Shown here piece after piece: positions 1-9,729 of a stretch of 64,000 bases of DNA. Source of the stretch: Salinispira sp. (GTDB lineage: Bacteria > Spirochaetota > Spirochaetia > DSM-27196 > Salinispiraceae); assembly GCA_965602015.1 (NCBI GenBank), contig OZ271918.1, forward strand, positions 2,496,001-2,560,000, given 5' to 3'. Below the pieces are notes generated by a model. That model made no database searches, was not told where the DNA came from, and saw nothing but the letters and a program-made list of their open reading frames with translations. Made by a program: the position numbers and the translations under genes. Every line of letters starts with the position of its first letter. The stretch's first letter is position 1.

Positions 1-386
1 CTGTGCAGCGAAGCCTCTGCGATCTCCGAACCCGGAGGGAGGACGCCGGGAGGCTCCAGGGCGGTGCACAGATAAATGTATCCGTACGAGAGGGCCCCGC
101 CCCGGTCCACCGAGTACCATCCGGCAAGGCTGAGTTCCGCACGCTTAATTCCGGTTTCTTCGTACAGCTCCCGGATTGCCCCGTCCCCGGGACTCTCGCC
201 TGGGTCAATTTTACCGCCGGGAAACTCCCAGCCATCCTGCCCGGTCACCCGTACCAGTACCCAGGAGCCGCCGAAGCGGGTAATGACAACAGTAAACGTC
301 ACCGACGGAACCGGCAGGTCTTCCAGCACCGTAGAAATTTCCGCAAGGCGGGGCTCCCGAGGAGCTGAGGGGATGCCTGTATTCAT
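1..386 (-). CDS. NUDIX hydrolase (3' end runs off the window)
   Basis: Manual minus-strand translation from ATG 386 (TGATG overlap with the aroB stop): MNTGIPS...WEFPGGKIDPGESPGDGAIRELYEETG contains a Nudix box. Absent from the ORF track because there is no stop inside the window. Confidence 0.85.
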   Translation of the reverse strand, partial: MNTGIPSAPREPRLAEISTVLEDLPVPSVTFTVVITRFGGSWVLVRVTGQDGWEFPGGKIDPGESPGDGAIRELYEETGIKRAELSLAGWYSVDRGGALSYGYIYLCTALEPPGVLPPGSEIAEASLH

Positions 387-1540
387 CAATTAACCGCCTG
401 TTCCAGCAGGCCGTCATCAGCCGGACTGCGGAAGGTCTGACAAAGGTCCTTTTGAAGCACAAAGCGCACCTGCCCCGCCTGCTTTTTTTTATCGTTCTTC
501 ATAGCGGAAATCAGAGCAGGGGCATCAAAGCCGCTTTTATCTAATCGGTAGCCGTAGTCCCGCAGGAGATTCTCAACCCGCTGGGCGTACAGCCCCTCGG
601 TTTGTCCCATGAGGATTCCGAGCTTGAGAGCCCTGACAATTCCCCAGGCCACAGCCTCGCCGTGGGTCCAGGCTCGCTTCCCGCCTCCGGACTCCACTCC
701 GCTGAGGGCCTCAAGGGCATGGGCAAAGGTGTGGCCCAGGTTCAGATGAGCCCGGATACCCGATTCCCTGAGGTCCGCTTCGACAATTCTCCCTTTTACC
801 ATGAGGCTTCGCCAGATGATGAGAGAAAGCAGGGACGGGTCCCGGGCAATAACCTTATTTTTTTCCGTCTCGAGAATGGAGAACAGTTCGGCGTCATCGA
901 GCATGGCGCTTTTGATGACCTCGACCAAACCGCTGAGGTACTCCCGCTGTGTCAGACTGGCCAGGAGGGCCGGGCAGACACGCACTTCGGCGGCCGGGTA
1001 GAACGTGCCGACCATGTTTTTATAGCCGAAGTAATTGATCCCGGTCTTGCCGCCGAAGGATGCATCTACCATTGCAAGGAGGGTGCTGGGAATGAGGACG
1101 AGGCGGTTTCCACGGAGAAAAAGACTCGACGCGAATGCCGCCACGTCGGTTACCGCGCCTCCGCCGAGCCCGATGAAACAGCTGTCCCGGGCGAATCCCA
1201 GCGCAAAGGCGGTTTTGAGAATGAGCTCGACCGATGCGAAATTCTTCCCCCCCTCCCCCGCCGGGAGAATCACTATCGCCGACGGGACCTGCGCAGTATC
1301 GCCGTCGCTTTGAGCTGCGCTGTTTTTGAGGGCATCGATGTCCGCCGCTTCGCTGATCTTTGGCCTCTGCGAGAGTGCCTGGGCAAGCTCCGGCAAGGTC
1401 TCCGGGAGGCATTTCCAGACCTGGCTGTCGGTAATGAGGAGGTTTGCAGACCCGATACCGTCCAGCAGAACATTTGTGCTGTCAAATAATTCTATGTCAC
1501 TGGAAAATTCGCCGAGGGAGAACGTCTTTTTCTGATTCAT
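386..1540 (-). CDS. aroB: 3-dehydroquinate synthase
   Basis: Motifs GLGGGAVTD, PSTLLAMVDASFGGKTG, LNLGHTFAHALE, HGEAV, DKK. Start is 1540 or 1546. Confidence 0.93.
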   Translation of the reverse strand: MNQKKTFSLGEFSSDIELFDSTNVLLDGIGSANLLITDSQVWKCLPETLPELAQALSQRPKISEAADIDALKNSAAQSDGDTAQVPSAIVILPAGEGGKNFASVELILKTAFALGFARDSCFIGLGGGAVTDVAAFASSLFLRGNRLVLIPSTLLAMVDASFGGKTGINYFGYKNMVGTFYPAAEVRVCPALLASLTQREYLSGLVEVIKSAMLDDAELFSILETEKNKVIARDPSLLSLIIWRSLMVKGRIVEADLRESGIRAHLNLGHTFAHALEALSGVESGGGKRAWTHGEAVAWGIVRALKLGILMGQTEGLYAQRVENLLRDYGYRLDKSGFDAPALISAMKNDKKKQAGQVRFVLQKDLCQTFRSPADDGLLEQAVN

Positions 1541-1613
1541 GACCATGAGCCTATCTCAAGGTCCTCAGATGTGTAAAGTGCGCCGTTGATGTTCGTGGTC
1601 GAAGCTCTATAGT

Positions 1614-1970
1614 CTACGCTTCCATCTCTTCGACTTTTTTCTGGATGCTGGCTACGAGCCTGTCGATGAAGGGATCGACTATCTGGTATATCCGTTTATT
1701 GCCCTGCACCTCGGATTGGACGATGCCCTTGTCCTTGAGGATTGCAAGATGCTGACTAATAACCGGTTGGGGTTGATTCAAGCAAACCCAGAGCTCGCTC
1801 ACGCAGGGCTGGGAGTGCTGGGATATCATGCACAATAGTTTAAGCCTCACCGGGTGACCGCAGACCTTGAGTTTTTGGGCCGCATCCTGCAAAACGTCCT
1901 CGGGGCAGCGTGCGGCGGCAAACTCTACCGCCTCTTCCCGTGATATGCTGTCGAGCTGGATTTGACTCAT
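1614..1970 (-). CDS. ArsR/SmtB family transcriptional regulator
   Basis: GHPVRLKLL...CVSEL...QPVISQHLAILK...G.KRIY winged HTH. GAGGAG precedes ATG 1970. Confidence 0.88.
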   Translation of the reverse strand: MSQIQLDSISREEAVEFAAARCPEDVLQDAAQKLKVCGHPVRLKLLCMISQHSQPCVSELWVCLNQPQPVISQHLAILKDKGIVQSEVQGNKRIYQIVDPFIDRLVASIQKKVEEMEA

Positions 1971-2024
1971 AAAAAACTCCTCTCTAGCTGCGATTGACGC
2001 CTGCAGCCTGCTGCGCACCGGGGC

Positions 2025-2273
2025 TTATTTGGTGGCAGGCTCTTTTTTCGCGGCGCTTTCGCCGGTTTTCGCGCTGCTTTCGCCGGCGGTTTTGCGGCTG
2101 TCATTGACGTAAAAACCGCTGCCTTTGAATATCACCCCGGTTCCCCCGCCAATAAGCCTTCTCAGGCCGGGCTTGCCGCATTCGGGACAGGAGTCCAAGG
2201 GGTTGTCTGACATACTTTGAAAGGTTTCGAACTCATGACCGCAGCTTTTGCATTCATAATCATAATAGGGCAT
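2025..2273 (-). CDS. FmdB family zinc-ribbon regulatory protein
   Basis: MPYYDYECKSCGHEFE...CPECG...FKGSGFYVND signature. GGAG precedes ATG 2273. Confidence 0.9.
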   Translation of the reverse strand: MPYYDYECKSCGHEFETFQSMSDNPLDSCPECGKPGLRRLIGGGTGVIFKGSGFYVNDSRKTAGESSAKTGESAAKKEPATK

Positions 2274-2288
2274 TGTATTCTCCAACAC

Positions 2289-2308
2289 TATATAACAGTT
2301 TTTATATA
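2289..2308. promoter_or_regulatory. AT-rich palindrome TATATAA-N6-TTATATA, candidate operator upstream of the FmdB-ArsR genes
   Basis: Perfect 7-6-7 inverted repeat in an AT-rich intergenic patch about 15 bp upstream of the FmdB start. Confidence 0.35.
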
Positions 2309-2363
2309 TAATAAAGCCTGAGCAGGGTAAATATATCGATTTTTTCCGCAATGGACAAGTATG

Positions 2364-3149
2364 TCAGCCTTGCAGGGGATCGGGGTTTTTTCTCACCGGA
2401 ATATCACGGGTGGCGAGATACTCCTTGATTTCCCCGATGCGGTAATCGCCGTAGTGGACCATGCTCGCAATAAGAGCGGCGTCGGCGTGACCGGCGGTAA
2501 ACACATCAGCAAGATGAGCCGGTTCTCCGGCTCCGCCGGACGCCACCACCGGCAATCCGACCGCCCGGGAAATCATTGACGTCAAGCCAAGCTCATACCC
2601 ACGGCGAACCCCGTCGGTATCTATCGAATTGAGGACGATTTCACCGGCGCCCAATGACTCGGCTTCCAGGGCCCACTGCAGGGCGTCCTTGCCGGTTTTG
2701 ACCCGCCCCCCGTTTATGACCACCTGATAGCCCGAGGGCATTGCGGAATCCCTGAGGGCGTCCATGGCCAGTACGATGCACTGACGGCCGAAAACCGCCG
2801 CCCCCTCGCTGATGATGCGGGGATTTTTCACCGCCTGGGAATTGAGGCTGACCTTTTCCGCCCCGGCATTAATCACTCGGCGAATATCCTCCAGGCTGCC
2901 CAGGCCACCTCCGACACAAAAGGGGATAAAAATCTCTTTGGCGACATTTTCCACCACATCGATAAATATACCCCGGTCCTCGCTGGAAGCGGTAATATCG
3001 TAAAAAACCAGCTCGTCGCAGCCCTGATCGTAGTATTCCCGGGCCATTTTGACCGGATCGCCGATATCAACGTTTCCCTCGAATTTAATGCCCTTGGTGG
3101 TCTTTCCATTGCGCACGTCCAGGCAGACGACTATTCGCTTCTCAAGCAT
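2364..3149 (-). CDS. hisF: Imidazole glycerol phosphate synthase cyclase subunit
   Basis: [52 protein letters not shown]. Confidence 0.96.
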   Translation of the reverse strand: MLEKRIVVCLDVRNGKTTKGIKFEGNVDIGDPVKMAREYYDQGCDELVFYDITASSEDRGIFIDVVENVAKEIFIPFCVGGGLGSLEDIRRVINAGAEKVSLNSQAVKNPRIISEGAAVFGRQCIVLAMDALRDSAMPSGYQVVINGGRVKTGKDALQWALEAESLGAGEIVLNSIDTDGVRRGYELGLTSMISRAVGLPVVASGGAGEPAHLADVFTAGHADAALIASMVHYGDYRIGEIKEYLATRDIPVRKNPDPLQG

Positions 3150-3150
3150 A

Positions 3151-3804
3151 TTATCCCCCGAAATTCCCTGCGAAATTTGTCAGCAGTTTAAGTCCCACAG
3201 GTCCGGACTTCTCCGGGTGGAACTGGGTGGCCGCCATATTGTCCCGGGCATAGGCCGACACAAAGGGAAACCCGTATTCGCTTTTTGCCAGGGTAACCCC
3301 CGCATCCGCGGGAGCCGGGTAATAGGAATGGACGAAGTAGAAACTGGATGAATCGGGGATTCCTGTGAACAGCAATGCCGCAGGATTACCCTGTTCCACG
3401 AGCACCTGATTCCATCCCATGTGGGGAACCTTTAAATCGCTGATTTTCCGTAGTTCGAACTCGTCACTGAAGAATTTCGCGCTGCCGGCTTCAACGTCCA
3501 GACAGGGGGTCGGATTTTCATCGGCCGACTCCAGGCTTTCGGACAGCAGTATTTGACTGCCAATGCAGATTCCCAACGTGGGAACGCCCCGGTTCACCGC
3601 CTCCCTCAGAGCTTCATCGAGGCCCCGGGCCCGCAAAATGCCCATGGCGTGGGCCGCCTCGCCTACTCCGGGAAAAATGATTTTATCAGCTGTGCGGACA
3701 TCTTCGGGCTTTTGGCTCACCCGAAAATCTATACCCAAATAGCCAAGGGCGGTTTCAACCGATCTCAGGTTGCCCGCATCGTAATCCACAACGGTAATTG
3801 TCAT
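3151..3804 (-). CDS. hisH: Imidazole glycerol phosphate synthase glutaminase subunit
   Basis: [42 protein letters not shown]. Confidence 0.96.
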   Translation of the reverse strand: MTITVVDYDAGNLRSVETALGYLGIDFRVSQKPEDVRTADKIIFPGVGEAAHAMGILRARGLDEALREAVNRGVPTLGICIGSQILLSESLESADENPTPCLDVEAGSAKFFSDEFELRKISDLKVPHMGWNQVLVEQGNPAALLFTGIPDSSSFYFVHSYYPAPADAGVTLAKSEYGFPFVSAYARDNMAATQFHPEKSGPVGLKLLTNFAGNFGG

Positions 3805-3835
3805 AACAGCTCCTGTTGGCTTCTATTCCTTCTTA

Positions 3836-4906
3836 TCAGGAAAAAAATGCCTCGCGTATCCATGCGGCCCTCAGAGGCAGACGGTACACGTGGATGCGGG
3901 AACCCTCAATTCGGATATCGACCAATTCCCGGAGTACCGCAGCATCCTCGAGCGGGAAATTCTGACGAAGCACCTGCAAAAAGGCAACCCGCAGGAGAAG
4001 CCGCAGCGCCCGGGCCTGGAAGGAGGAGGAGGCTTCCATGACGGCATCCGCCAGAAAAACTCCGTCGTCTCCCGCCGAAAGGGAAAAGCGTAGCTCTCCT
4101 ATTCCGCTCAGGTCCCCTCCAAGGGGGCCGAGAAAGTCCGAAGACATGCCCCCGCCCACCGCAAAGGCCGGCGGGGTTTCCCTTTCTTCGGAATGAACCG
4201 GGCCCTTTCTTTCCCAAGAGGCTCCGGAACCCCGGCGCTGAGTTTGTGCTACCGCGCGGAGGCCCGAAAGGATTTCCCTGCCGAATGCCGGATCGGCTCC
4301 GAGGGTTAGCATATACAGCCCCGCTTCGATGAGCTCCAAATGAAACGGTGGGTTCTCATCAGATTCCAGGACCCAGCGGGGCCTTCGGGTGTTCCCGATA
4401 AATACCGGCTTGGAGACAAAACCCATCTCCAGGACCCGGGGTTCGAGAATCTGACTCGGTACCCCCAGGGAAACATAGAGCACCGCACCGGACGGGGAAA
4501 ATTGCCGGCCACGGGGAACAAAGAACCCGATGGCCTGGTCGGTCAGCGTCAAAATAATCCGGGATAACCCCGGGGGAAGATCCACAAGCTCGCTGAGCGC
4601 CTGAGGGTCGATTCCCCGGGGATCGAGCTGTACCACCGACAGGCCGCGGCCCATGAGCTCATGTATGTGTACCGGCAGTTCCACAGGCTCAGGCTCAGAC
4701 TCAGGCTCATCAGCCCTTTGACCTCCGTCCATTCCGTCTACCGCACCTCTTGCCCGGTCCTCCGGAAGGGGCTGGAGGCCGGCCGCGTCCAGCCCGGGAA
4801 GGGCGGCGGTTGCGCATGAGGGCAGGGAGAGGACCACAGACAGAAACAGCGCCGTCAGAAAAACCGACGGCGCTGAAATCCTGTTGATGCGGCGGACCTG
4901 GTTCAT
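3836..4906 (-). CDS. Hypothetical lipoprotein
   Basis: Hydrophobic N-terminus ending LPSC (lipobox-like). Start overlaps the ileS stop. Confidence 0.6.
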   Translation of the reverse strand: MNQVRRINRISAPSVFLTALFLSVVLSLPSCATAALPGLDAAGLQPLPEDRARGAVDGMDGGQRADEPESEPEPVELPVHIHELMGRGLSVVQLDPRGIDPQALSELVDLPPGLSRIILTLTDQAIGFFVPRGRQFSPSGAVLYVSLGVPSQILEPRVLEMGFVSKPVFIGNTRRPRWVLESDENPPFHLELIEAGLYMLTLGADPAFGREILSGLRAVAQTQRRGSGASWERKGPVHSEERETPPAFAVGGGMSSDFLGPLGGDLSGIGELRFSLSAGDDGVFLADAVMEASSSFQARALRLLLRVAFLQVLRQNFPLEDAAVLRELVDIRIEGSRIHVYRLPLRAAWIREAFFS

Positions 4907-7900
4907 AATTTCGAAATTTCGATATACACCCGGGCTTCCCCGGATTCCAGGACCGAGCCGGCCGTTGTGTTGAGCATTTCCAGCTGGTCGCAGAGCACTT
5001 CTGACTTGAGATAATCCTCGAAGCTGGCGATGGCGTCGGCCATTTCCTCTTCGGCGAAGAGTTTGATGGAAATCCGGTCGGTGACTTCCAGACCGCTTTC
5101 CTTGCGGAGGTTTTGTATGCCCCGGACCAAATCGCGGACAAGACCCTCCTGGCGGAGTTCTTCGGTGACGACGGCGTCGAGGGCCACCGTGAGGCTCCCC
5201 TCATTGAGAACCTTCAGGCCTTCCTTTTCCTCACGCTGCACGATTATCGAGTCCTCGGTAATATCGATGCTTCGGTTTCCGAATTCCATGCTGAGGGTGT
5301 TGCCGTCCAGCAGGCTTTGAATTTCACCGGCGTCAAAGCGGGCGATAACCGCTGCCGCCTCCTTCATGTCCTTTCCGAGCTTCTGACCGAGCTCGCGGAA
5401 GTTCGCCTTGGCGCTGTATTCGACCAGGTCTTCCTCATTGTCACGGAATATCACTTCCTTGACATTGAGCTCGTCGCGGATGATGTCTTCCATTTCGATG
5501 AGAATGTTTTTTTCATCGCGGTTTCGGGTCACCAGATGTATGGCGTTCAGGGGCTGGCGGACCTTCAGGTTATGCATGCTCCGGATCGCCCGGCCCATGC
5601 TCACCGCCTGCTGGGTAACCGACATTTTCTGCTCCAGCTCGCCGTCGCGCCGCTCTCCCTGAACAACGGGAAAGTCGCAGAGGTGCACCGAATAGGGCAT
5701 CGCCGGAGTCTTGAGGTTCTGGTAAATCTCCTCGCTGATGAAGGGTATAAACGGCGCAGCGACCTGAACGAGCTTAACCAGCACCTCATACAGGGTACCG
5801 TAGGCTTCGAGCTTGTCATCATCGTTTTCGCTCTTCCAGAACCGGCGGCGGCTTCGGCGGATATACCAGTTGTTCAGCTGATCGATGAATTTCACCACCG
5901 GATCTACCGCCTTCTGCAGGTCATAGGCGTCCATGTTAGCGGTGACTTCCTCGACCAGAGTCTCGACCGCTGAGAGAATCCACCGGTCCAGCGGATTGGT
6001 GGGGTTCTCCGGTGCGGATTCGGGCTTGACCTTGTCGATGTTGGCGTAGGTCACAAAGAAGCTGTAGGCATTCCACAGCGGTATGATGACGCTCTTGAGA
6101 ACTTCTTTGACACCGTTATCAGAATATTTTAAGTCCTCGGCTTTTACCACGGCGGAGTCCATAAGGAAGAGCCTCAGGGCGTCTGCCCCGTAGGTATTGA
6201 TGATTTCCGCAGGATCCGAGTAGTTGCGCTCGCTCTTGGACATTTTGCGCCCGTCTTCCGCGAGAACCAGACCGTTTACGATTACGTTTTGGAACGCCGG
6301 CTTCTCGAAGAGGGCGGCGGCTAGAACCGTCAGGGTATAGAACCAGCCCCGGGTCTGATCAAGTCCTTCGGCGATGAAGTGAGCCGGATAATTGGCATCG
6401 AAGCTGTTCTTGTTTTCGAAGGGATAGTGATTCTGGGCGTAGGGCATGGCGCCGGATTCAAACCAGCAGTCCAATACCTCGGGAACACGTTTCATGGTTC
6501 CCTTTCCGCAGGAACAGGTCCAGCTGATATCATCGACAAAATGCTTGTGCAGGTCCTCGACAAGGACGCCGGACTTTTCCTTGAGCTCCGCCCGGCTGCC
6601 GATGCAGACCGTCTCTTCGCATTCGTCGCATTTCCACACCGGTATGGGATTGCCCCAGAACCGGTTCCGGCTTATCGCCCATTCCCTGGCATTTTCAAGC
6701 CATTTTCCGAAGCGTCCTTTCTGGAGATGTCCGGGAATCCAGTTGATGGTGTCGTTGGAATCGATCATGGTTTTTTTGATCTTTTCGATGTCGACAAACC
6801 AGGAACTTATGGCCCGGTAAATCAGCGGCGCCTTGGTCCGGTAGCAGTGAGGATAGCTGTGAAGATAGTTCTCCCGGCGCACCAGCTTGCCGTTTTCTTT
6901 GAGCGCGTTGATGATGGGTCGGTCGGCGTCTTTTACAAAGAGCCCGGCATAGTCAGGGATTTCGTCGGTGAATTTACACTCGGCGTCGATGGGCACCAGT
7001 ACCGGAAGCCCGCTGTGCTTGAGCACCTGGTAATCGTCCTCTCCGAATCCCGGAGCGATATGCACGATGCCTGTTCCGTCTTCGGTTGTGACAAAATCGC
7101 CGAGATGGGTTTTAAACGCGCCTTCCTTGTGCAATTCGGCGAAATAGGGAAACAGGGGCTCGTAACTCCAGCCGGCCAGGTCCCTGCCCTTCATGCGGCC
7201 GATTATTTTGTACGACGATTCATCCTTGTAATAATGGGAAAGACGGCTCTCCGCCAAAATGAATTCTTCATCGCCGTCGGTGATGCGCAGGTAATCAATG
7301 TCCTCGCCGAGGGCCAGGCCGAGATTGGACGGCAGGGTCCATGGCGTGGTGGTCCAGGCCAGAAAAGAGAGTTTGCCGTTCTTTATTGTCTTGTCCTGCT
7401 TACCCTGGCCGTCGGATTTCACGGTAAAACGGATAGTAATTGCCGGATCGTGAACGTCCTTGTATCCACCGAGGTTGACCTCGAAATTCGACAGGGGAGT
7501 CGCCAATTTAGGGCTGTAGGGAAGGATGTATGCCCCTTCGTAAATCAGGCCCTTCTCCCACAACTGCCTAAAGACCCACCAGATCGTTTCCATGTAATCC
7601 GGGTCCATGGTCTTGTAGTCGTTGCGGAAATCAACCCAGCGCCCCATGCGGGTCATGGTGCTTTCCCACTCGGCGGTGTATCTGAGCACGATTCCCCGGC
7701 AGGCTTCGTTGAACTCGGCGACGCCGTATTCTTCTATTTGAGATTTTCCCGAAATTCCAAGCTCTTTTTCCATTTCGTATTCCACGGGAAGACCGTGGCA
7801 GTCCCATCCGAAGCGGCGCTGGACCTTCCTGCCCTTCATGCTCTGGTAGCGGGGAATAATGTCTTTGATGGTACCGGGAACAAAGTGCCCGAAATGGGGC

Positions 7901-8058
7901 AGACCGGTTGCGAACGGGGGTCCATCAAAGAAAATAAACTCTTCCTGCCCATCTCGCTGATCGATGGATTTCTGAAAGATGTCGTTGCTTTTCCAGAATG
8001 AGAGGATGGATTCTTCCATCTTGGGAAAACTCACCCTGGAGTCTACCGCTTTATACAA
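4903..8058 (-). CDS. ileS: Isoleucyl-tRNA synthetase, type 2 (archaeal/eukaryote-like)
   Basis: DGPPFATGLPHFGH, GWDCHGLP, WTTTPWTLPSN, WAISRNRFWG, EGLDQTRGWF, KMSKS. TTG start with AGGAG. Confidence 0.97.
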   Translation of the reverse strand: MYKAVDSRVSFPKMEESILSFWKSNDIFQKSIDQRDGQEEFIFFDGPPFATGLPHFGHFVPGTIKDIIPRYQSMKGRKVQRRFGWDCHGLPVEYEMEKELGISGKSQIEEYGVAEFNEACRGIVLRYTAEWESTMTRMGRWVDFRNDYKTMDPDYMETIWWVFRQLWEKGLIYEGAYILPYSPKLATPLSNFEVNLGGYKDVHDPAITIRFTVKSDGQGKQDKTIKNGKLSFLAWTTTPWTLPSNLGLALGEDIDYLRITDGDEEFILAESRLSHYYKDESSYKIIGRMKGRDLAGWSYEPLFPYFAELHKEGAFKTHLGDFVTTEDGTGIVHIAPGFGEDDYQVLKHSGLPVLVPIDAECKFTDEIPDYAGLFVKDADRPIINALKENGKLVRRENYLHSYPHCYRTKAPLIYRAISSWFVDIEKIKKTMIDSNDTINWIPGHLQKGRFGKWLENAREWAISRNRFWGNPIPVWKCDECEETVCIGSRAELKEKSGVLVEDLHKHFVDDISWTCSCGKGTMKRVPEVLDCWFESGAMPYAQNHYPFENKNSFDANYPAHFIAEGLDQTRGWFYTLTVLAAALFEKPAFQNVIVNGLVLAEDGRKMSKSERNYSDPAEIINTYGADALRLFLMDSAVVKAEDLKYSDNGVKEVLKSVIIPLWNAYSFFVTYANIDKVKPESAPENPTNPLDRWILSAVETLVEEVTANMDAYDLQKAVDPVVKFIDQLNNWYIRRSRRRFWKSENDDDKLEAYGTLYEVLVKLVQVAAPFIPFISEEIYQNLKTPAMPYSVHLCDFPVVQGERRDGELEQKMSVTQQAVSMGRAIRSMHNLKVRQPLNAIHLVTRNRDEKNILIEMEDIIRDELNVKEVIFRDNEEDLVEYSAKANFRELGQKLGKDMKEAAAVIARFDAGEIQSLLDGNTLSMEFGNRSIDITEDSIIVQREEKEGLKVLNEGSLTVALDAVVTEELRQEGLVRDLVRGIQNLRKESGLEVTDRISIKLFAEEEMADAIASFEDYLKSEVLCDQLEMLNTTAGSVLESGEARVYIEISKL

Positions 8059-8141
8059 AACATGCTCCTGTGGGCTGAGGAATCGATCAAAGAGATCAAA
8101 AAGTCTGCCCGGAAAAAATGGTGAAAAGTGTTCGAGCTGAC

Positions 8142-8170
8142 ATAGTAATGACGTTAGTGTCCACAGTCAA
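8142..8170 (-). promoter_or_regulatory. sigma70-type promoter for the ileS operon (TTGACT-17-TACTAT)
   Basis: Near-consensus hexamers with a 17-bp spacer about 80 nt upstream of ileS. Confidence 0.65.
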
Positions 8171-8256
8171 GTTGACCATCGCGGGCGGCAGGGCGACGCT
8201 TGCGGGGAATTTGTTTACCGAGACAGAGCATCGGCGCTGTGCTATAGTTCTTAACC

Positions 8257-9495
8257 ATGGCAGAAGCGAAAGAACGCATCCTGTTTTTATACCTATCCAC
8301 CGGCGGAGGGCATATATCTGCAGCCCGCGCCCTGGCTCAGGAAATTGAAGGCCGATACGCCCCTCATGAGGTGGAAGTCCATATTTTCGACGGCATCCCC
8401 AACAACGGTTCCGAGGTTCAGCGGGCTCTGGTGGAAAAAGGATACCGCTTCACCACTCTGACAATGCCCTTCCTGTGGAGCATCGTCTATCAAATATCGA
8501 ATATTCCCTTTGTGATGAACAGCCACACCAAGGCGATGAGTTTCTTTTCAACCAAATTTATCCGGAAATTTCTGAGGGAGCACAGTATTACCCGGGTAGT
8601 GAACCTGCACTTCCTGCTCAGCCGACCGCTTTTCCGGGCTCTCAGGCAGACCAGGCGTTTGGACATGCCGGTGGTTACCGTGGTAACCGACCCCTTTACA
8701 TCACACCCCATGTGGTACTACCGCCAGTTTGCTCCAGTAGTTGTTTTTTCCGAGAGGGCAGCCAAGGACGCCAGAAAGTACCTCCGCTGGCTTGGGCTGC
8801 CTTCGCTTCTTCTGCCCCGCCCCCGAACCATTACCAAACTACCCCCGATTCTCAGCTCCAAATTCAATAAGCCCATGTCCGCAGAGGCACGGCAGGATTT
8901 GCGCAAAGAATACGGTTTCTCCCCGGATAAGCGCCTCATTCTTATGGCCGGCGGGGGCGAGGGCCTTCCCAAAGGTGAGAAGTACCTCGAAGCCATCGCC
9001 AGGGCGGGGCTCGATGCTCAAATCGCATTTGTCTGCGGCCGCAACCTCAGTCAGTTCGAGCGGATTTCTGCCATTGCCCAGAAGTACCCTGGTGTTTCTA
9101 TTACGGTGTACGGCTTTGTTACTTTTATGTACGAGCTCATGAACATGTCCGATGTCATCGTCACCAAAGCCGGCCCCGCGACGATTTACGAGTCCCTCCT
9201 TCTTCAAAAGCCCCTCATTCTCACCCAGCGGCTCTACGGTCAGGAACAGGGTAATGTGGATTTCGTCGTAAACAACAAGCTCGGCTGGTTTATACAAAAA
9301 CCCCGGATAATGGTTGCTCAAATCGAGGAAATACTCGAAAAGCCGGAAATATTTACCCAGACCATAGAGAACATTAAAAAAGCACATATCAAAAACGGCT
9401 GCGAGCAGGTCGTTGATTACATACTTTCCCTGCCTTCAAAACCTGCCAAGCGCAACAAGCTGATGGACATGCTCTACAGCCCGAAGCACCGCTAA
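8257..9495 (+). CDS. MGDG synthase / diacylglycerol glycosyltransferase (GT28)
   Basis: STGGGHISAA, VVTDP...HPMW, MAGGGEG, VCGRN, VTKAGPATI, GQEQGN. Confidence 0.88.
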   Translation: MAEAKERILFLYLSTGGGHISAARALAQEIEGRYAPHEVEVHIFDGIPNNGSEVQRALVEKGYRFTTLTMPFLWSIVYQISNIPFVMNSHTKAMSFFSTKFIRKFLREHSITRVVNLHFLLSRPLFRALRQTRRLDMPVVTVVTDPFTSHPMWYYRQFAPVVVFSERAAKDARKYLRWLGLPSLLLPRPRTITKLPPILSSKFNKPMSAEARQDLRKEYGFSPDKRLILMAGGGEGLPKGEKYLEAIARAGLDAQIAFVCGRNLSQFERISAIAQKYPGVSITVYGFVTFMYELMNMSDVIVTKAGPATIYESLLLQKPLILTQRLYGQEQGNVDFVVNNKLGWFIQKPRIMVAQIEEILEKPEIFTQTIENIKKAHIKNGCEQVVDYILSLPSKPAKRNKLMDMLYSPKHR

Positions 9496-9503
9496 CACGG
9501 GGA

Positions 9504-9533
9504 TTCGGGCACCGGAACATCCGGCGCTCCGAA
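9504..9533 (+). terminator. Stem-loop after the glycosyltransferase gene
   Basis: TTCGGGCACCGGA-ACA-TCCGGCGCTCCGAA imperfect hairpin. The U-tract is weak. Confidence 0.4.
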
Positions 9534-9536
9534 CTA

Positions 9537-9566
9537 TTGCCCTTGCGCGGCGTTTACTGCTAGAGT
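9537..9566 (+). promoter_or_regulatory. sigma70-type promoter for the ABC-F leader (TTGCCC-18-TAGAGT, extended -10 TG)
   Basis: Hexamers read directly from the sequence. Confidence 0.5.
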
Positions 9567-9635
9567 AAAAGCATCACAACGGAGCCGTATCGCAGATTGC
9601 CTTGAGGGATTTCCCGGCCCGTTTACGGAGCAGAA

Positions 9636-9653
9636 ATGATAGACAAAAAATAG
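9636..9653 (+). CDS. Putative leader peptide MIDKK
   Basis: GGAG at 9627-9630, then ATG ATA GAC AAA AAA TAG, overlapping the 5' arm of the terminator. Confidence 0.55.
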   Translation: MIDKK

Positions 9654-9698
9654 GGAGAACCAGACAGACTTCAGCGGCCCGTTCCCCTTATTTTTTTT
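9645..9698 (+). terminator. Attenuator/terminator in the ABC-F 5' leader
   Basis: AAAAAATAGGGAGAAC pairs with GTTCCCCTTATTTTTT, with a T8 tract, upstream of the ABC-F RBS. Confidence 0.6.
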
Positions 9699-9729
9699 GC
9701 CGCTCATATCGAACCTCAGGAGGTTGCGA

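Noticed and set aside
6379..8001. Long antisense ORFs (e.g. 540 aa opposite ileS, 622 aa at 35922-37790, 435 aa at 17294-18601)
   Set aside because: Shadow frames of well-supported genes in GC-rich DNA, with no motifs of their own.
8059..8141. T-box riboswitch upstream of ileS (also checked valS and cysS)
   Set aside because: The leaders are too short and no TGGNACC T-box or terminator is visible.
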